DNA of 51,821 bases. It comes from Collinsella sp. Lineage in GTDB: Bacteria > Actinomycetota > Coriobacteriia > Coriobacteriales > Coriobacteriaceae. Made by a program: the position numbers and the translations under genes. Below, one piece after another: positions 50,897 through 51,821 of the stretch. The stretch spans positions 1 through 51,821 of the forward strand of contig DBGAPG010000106.1 of assembly GCA_048438765.1 (NCBI GenBank), read 5' to 3'. The notes below the pieces were generated by a model. It was not told the DNA's origin. It did no database searches and worked only from the letters and a program-made list of their open reading frames with translations. Within the stretch, counting starts at the first letter, position 1. Each line of letters starts with the position of its first letter.

Positions 50897-51533
50897 CGGC
50901 CTCCTCCTTATCCGGAGTATCTATAAACCCGTGGCATGCAAGCCATGAGTCAAGCTGCTCAAAGAGCGAATTATCGGCTGCCGAATTATCAATCACCGTT
51001 GTAGCGAGATTGCACAGCGCAGACTCATCGGGCTGGCAAGCAGAACGGGCATCGAAATCAGATGGCTCCATGCCACGTTGAATAGCGCGCTCGCGACGAA
51101 CTGACAAAGGGGCGCTAATGACCAGAATTTCATCAGCCAAGCCAAATGCATCCTCAAAACCAGTCGGAGCTGAAACCTCGACCACCGCAAAGGGATAACG
51201 GGGAGATGAAACCGTACAACAAACCGGATCGAGAATCCTAAGCGAAAGCTGTTCAATCAGAACGGGATGCACGATGCCATTGAGCCGTGCGACCGAATCA
51301 GGAGAAGCGAAAGCTCGAGAAGCGAGGATACTGCGGCGAATGCCTCCTTCCTCATCCAAAATGTCCCAACCGAATTCATCCGCGAGAGCATTGACGATAT
51401 CAGAGCCCGGCACATACAGCGATTTTGCAAGCTCATCCAAATCGATAAGCATAGCGCCACGAGATTCGAAATAGCGGCAGGCAGTCGACTTACCCGAAGC
51501 AATATTGCCCAAGACAAATACGGTAAACATCAA
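50889..51533 (-). CDS. coaE: Dephospho-CoA kinase
   Basis: GNIASGKST, DLDELA, LNGIVHP, VIDN; upstream of slt-uvrB. Confidence 0.9.
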   Translation of the reverse strand: MMFTVFVLGNIASGKSTACRYFESRGAMLIDLDELAKSLYVPGSDIVNALADEFGWDILDEEGGIRRSILASRAFASPDSVARLNGIVHPVLIEQLSLRILDPVCCTVSSPRYPFAVVEVSAPTGFEDAFGLADEILVISAPLSVRRERAIQRGMEPSDFDARSACQPDESALCNLATTVIDNSAADNSLFEQLDSWLACHGFIDTPDKEEADA

Positions 51534-51656
51534 GCCCTCCCTAACGCCAATGCGAGTAATTATCGCTCAAATAAACTAGATGGACTCAAAAAACAGCCAA
51601 ACAGTAAGAGCGCATACGGGGAAGCTAGGTCCCAAAGCACAACATGTATATAACGC

Positions 51657-51687
51657 AAAAAGGGGGAGGCCGCGAGGCCTCCCCCTT
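51657..51687 (-). terminator. rRNA operon terminator
   Basis: Minus strand reads AAGGGGGAGGCC-TCGC-GGCCTCCCCCTTTTT, just downstream of the 5S gene. Confidence 0.85.
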
Positions 51688-51721
51688 CTAAGTTCAAGCG
51701 TACGGCTCGGTGCCGTCCACC

Positions 51722-51821
51722 GGTCAGCGGCGCCCTGGCCTCCCACGGGCTGACCCCGCAGTACTCTCGGCGCGATGGGGCTTAGCTTCCGGGTTCGGAA
51801 CGGGACCGGGCGTGCCCCCCA
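51722..51821 (-). rRNA. rrf: 5S ribosomal RNA (5' end outside the window)
   Basis: Reverse complement contains CCCGGTCCCGTTCCGAACCCGGAAGCTAAGC...GCGCCGAGAGTACTG...GTGGGAG. The 3' end is approximate. Confidence 0.93.

Noticed and set aside
50315..51650. Lower-GC coaE-slt region as a horizontally acquired island
   Set aside because: These are ordinary housekeeping genes in their usual position before uvrB. The composition shift alone is insufficient.

Overview
High-GC (roughly 55-65% by eye) bacterial chromosome segment, most consistent with a gut Coriobacteriaceae such as Collinsella (inferred from gene content, Firmicutes-like gap-pgk-tpiA-gpmI order and 5S rRNA style). It is mostly housekeeping. 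From left to right: a partial AddB/RexB-like nuclease, a TrpR-like YerC protein, a YvlD-type membrane protein, Rrf2/cysK/mnmA, an M42 peptidase, an Opp-type ABC operon, secG-gpmI-tpiA-pgk-gap, whiA-rapZ, uvrC-murJ-ybaK-uvrA, mrp plus two flavoproteins, uvrB-slt-coaE and the 3' part of a 5S rRNA. The accessory or unusual parts are: (1) a ~10.5 kb Bifidobacterium-type sialic-acid catabolic locus between uvrC and rapZ, which lacks a sialidase and regulator and carries a tandem pair of CE7 esterases, the second missing its catalytic Ser; (2) a stand-alone HTH-HipA-like kinase fusion with inverted repeats in its promoter; (3) a MurJ flippase with a ~245-aa disordered N-terminal tail carrying three ETAV(F/Y)L repeats; (4) a frameshifted LTA-synthase-family gene; (5) REP/MITE-like hairpin elements and several candidate operators (Rrf2, LexA, LacI-type). 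No prophage, CRISPR, transposase or tRNA was seen. All family assignments come from motif recognition by eye, not database searches.
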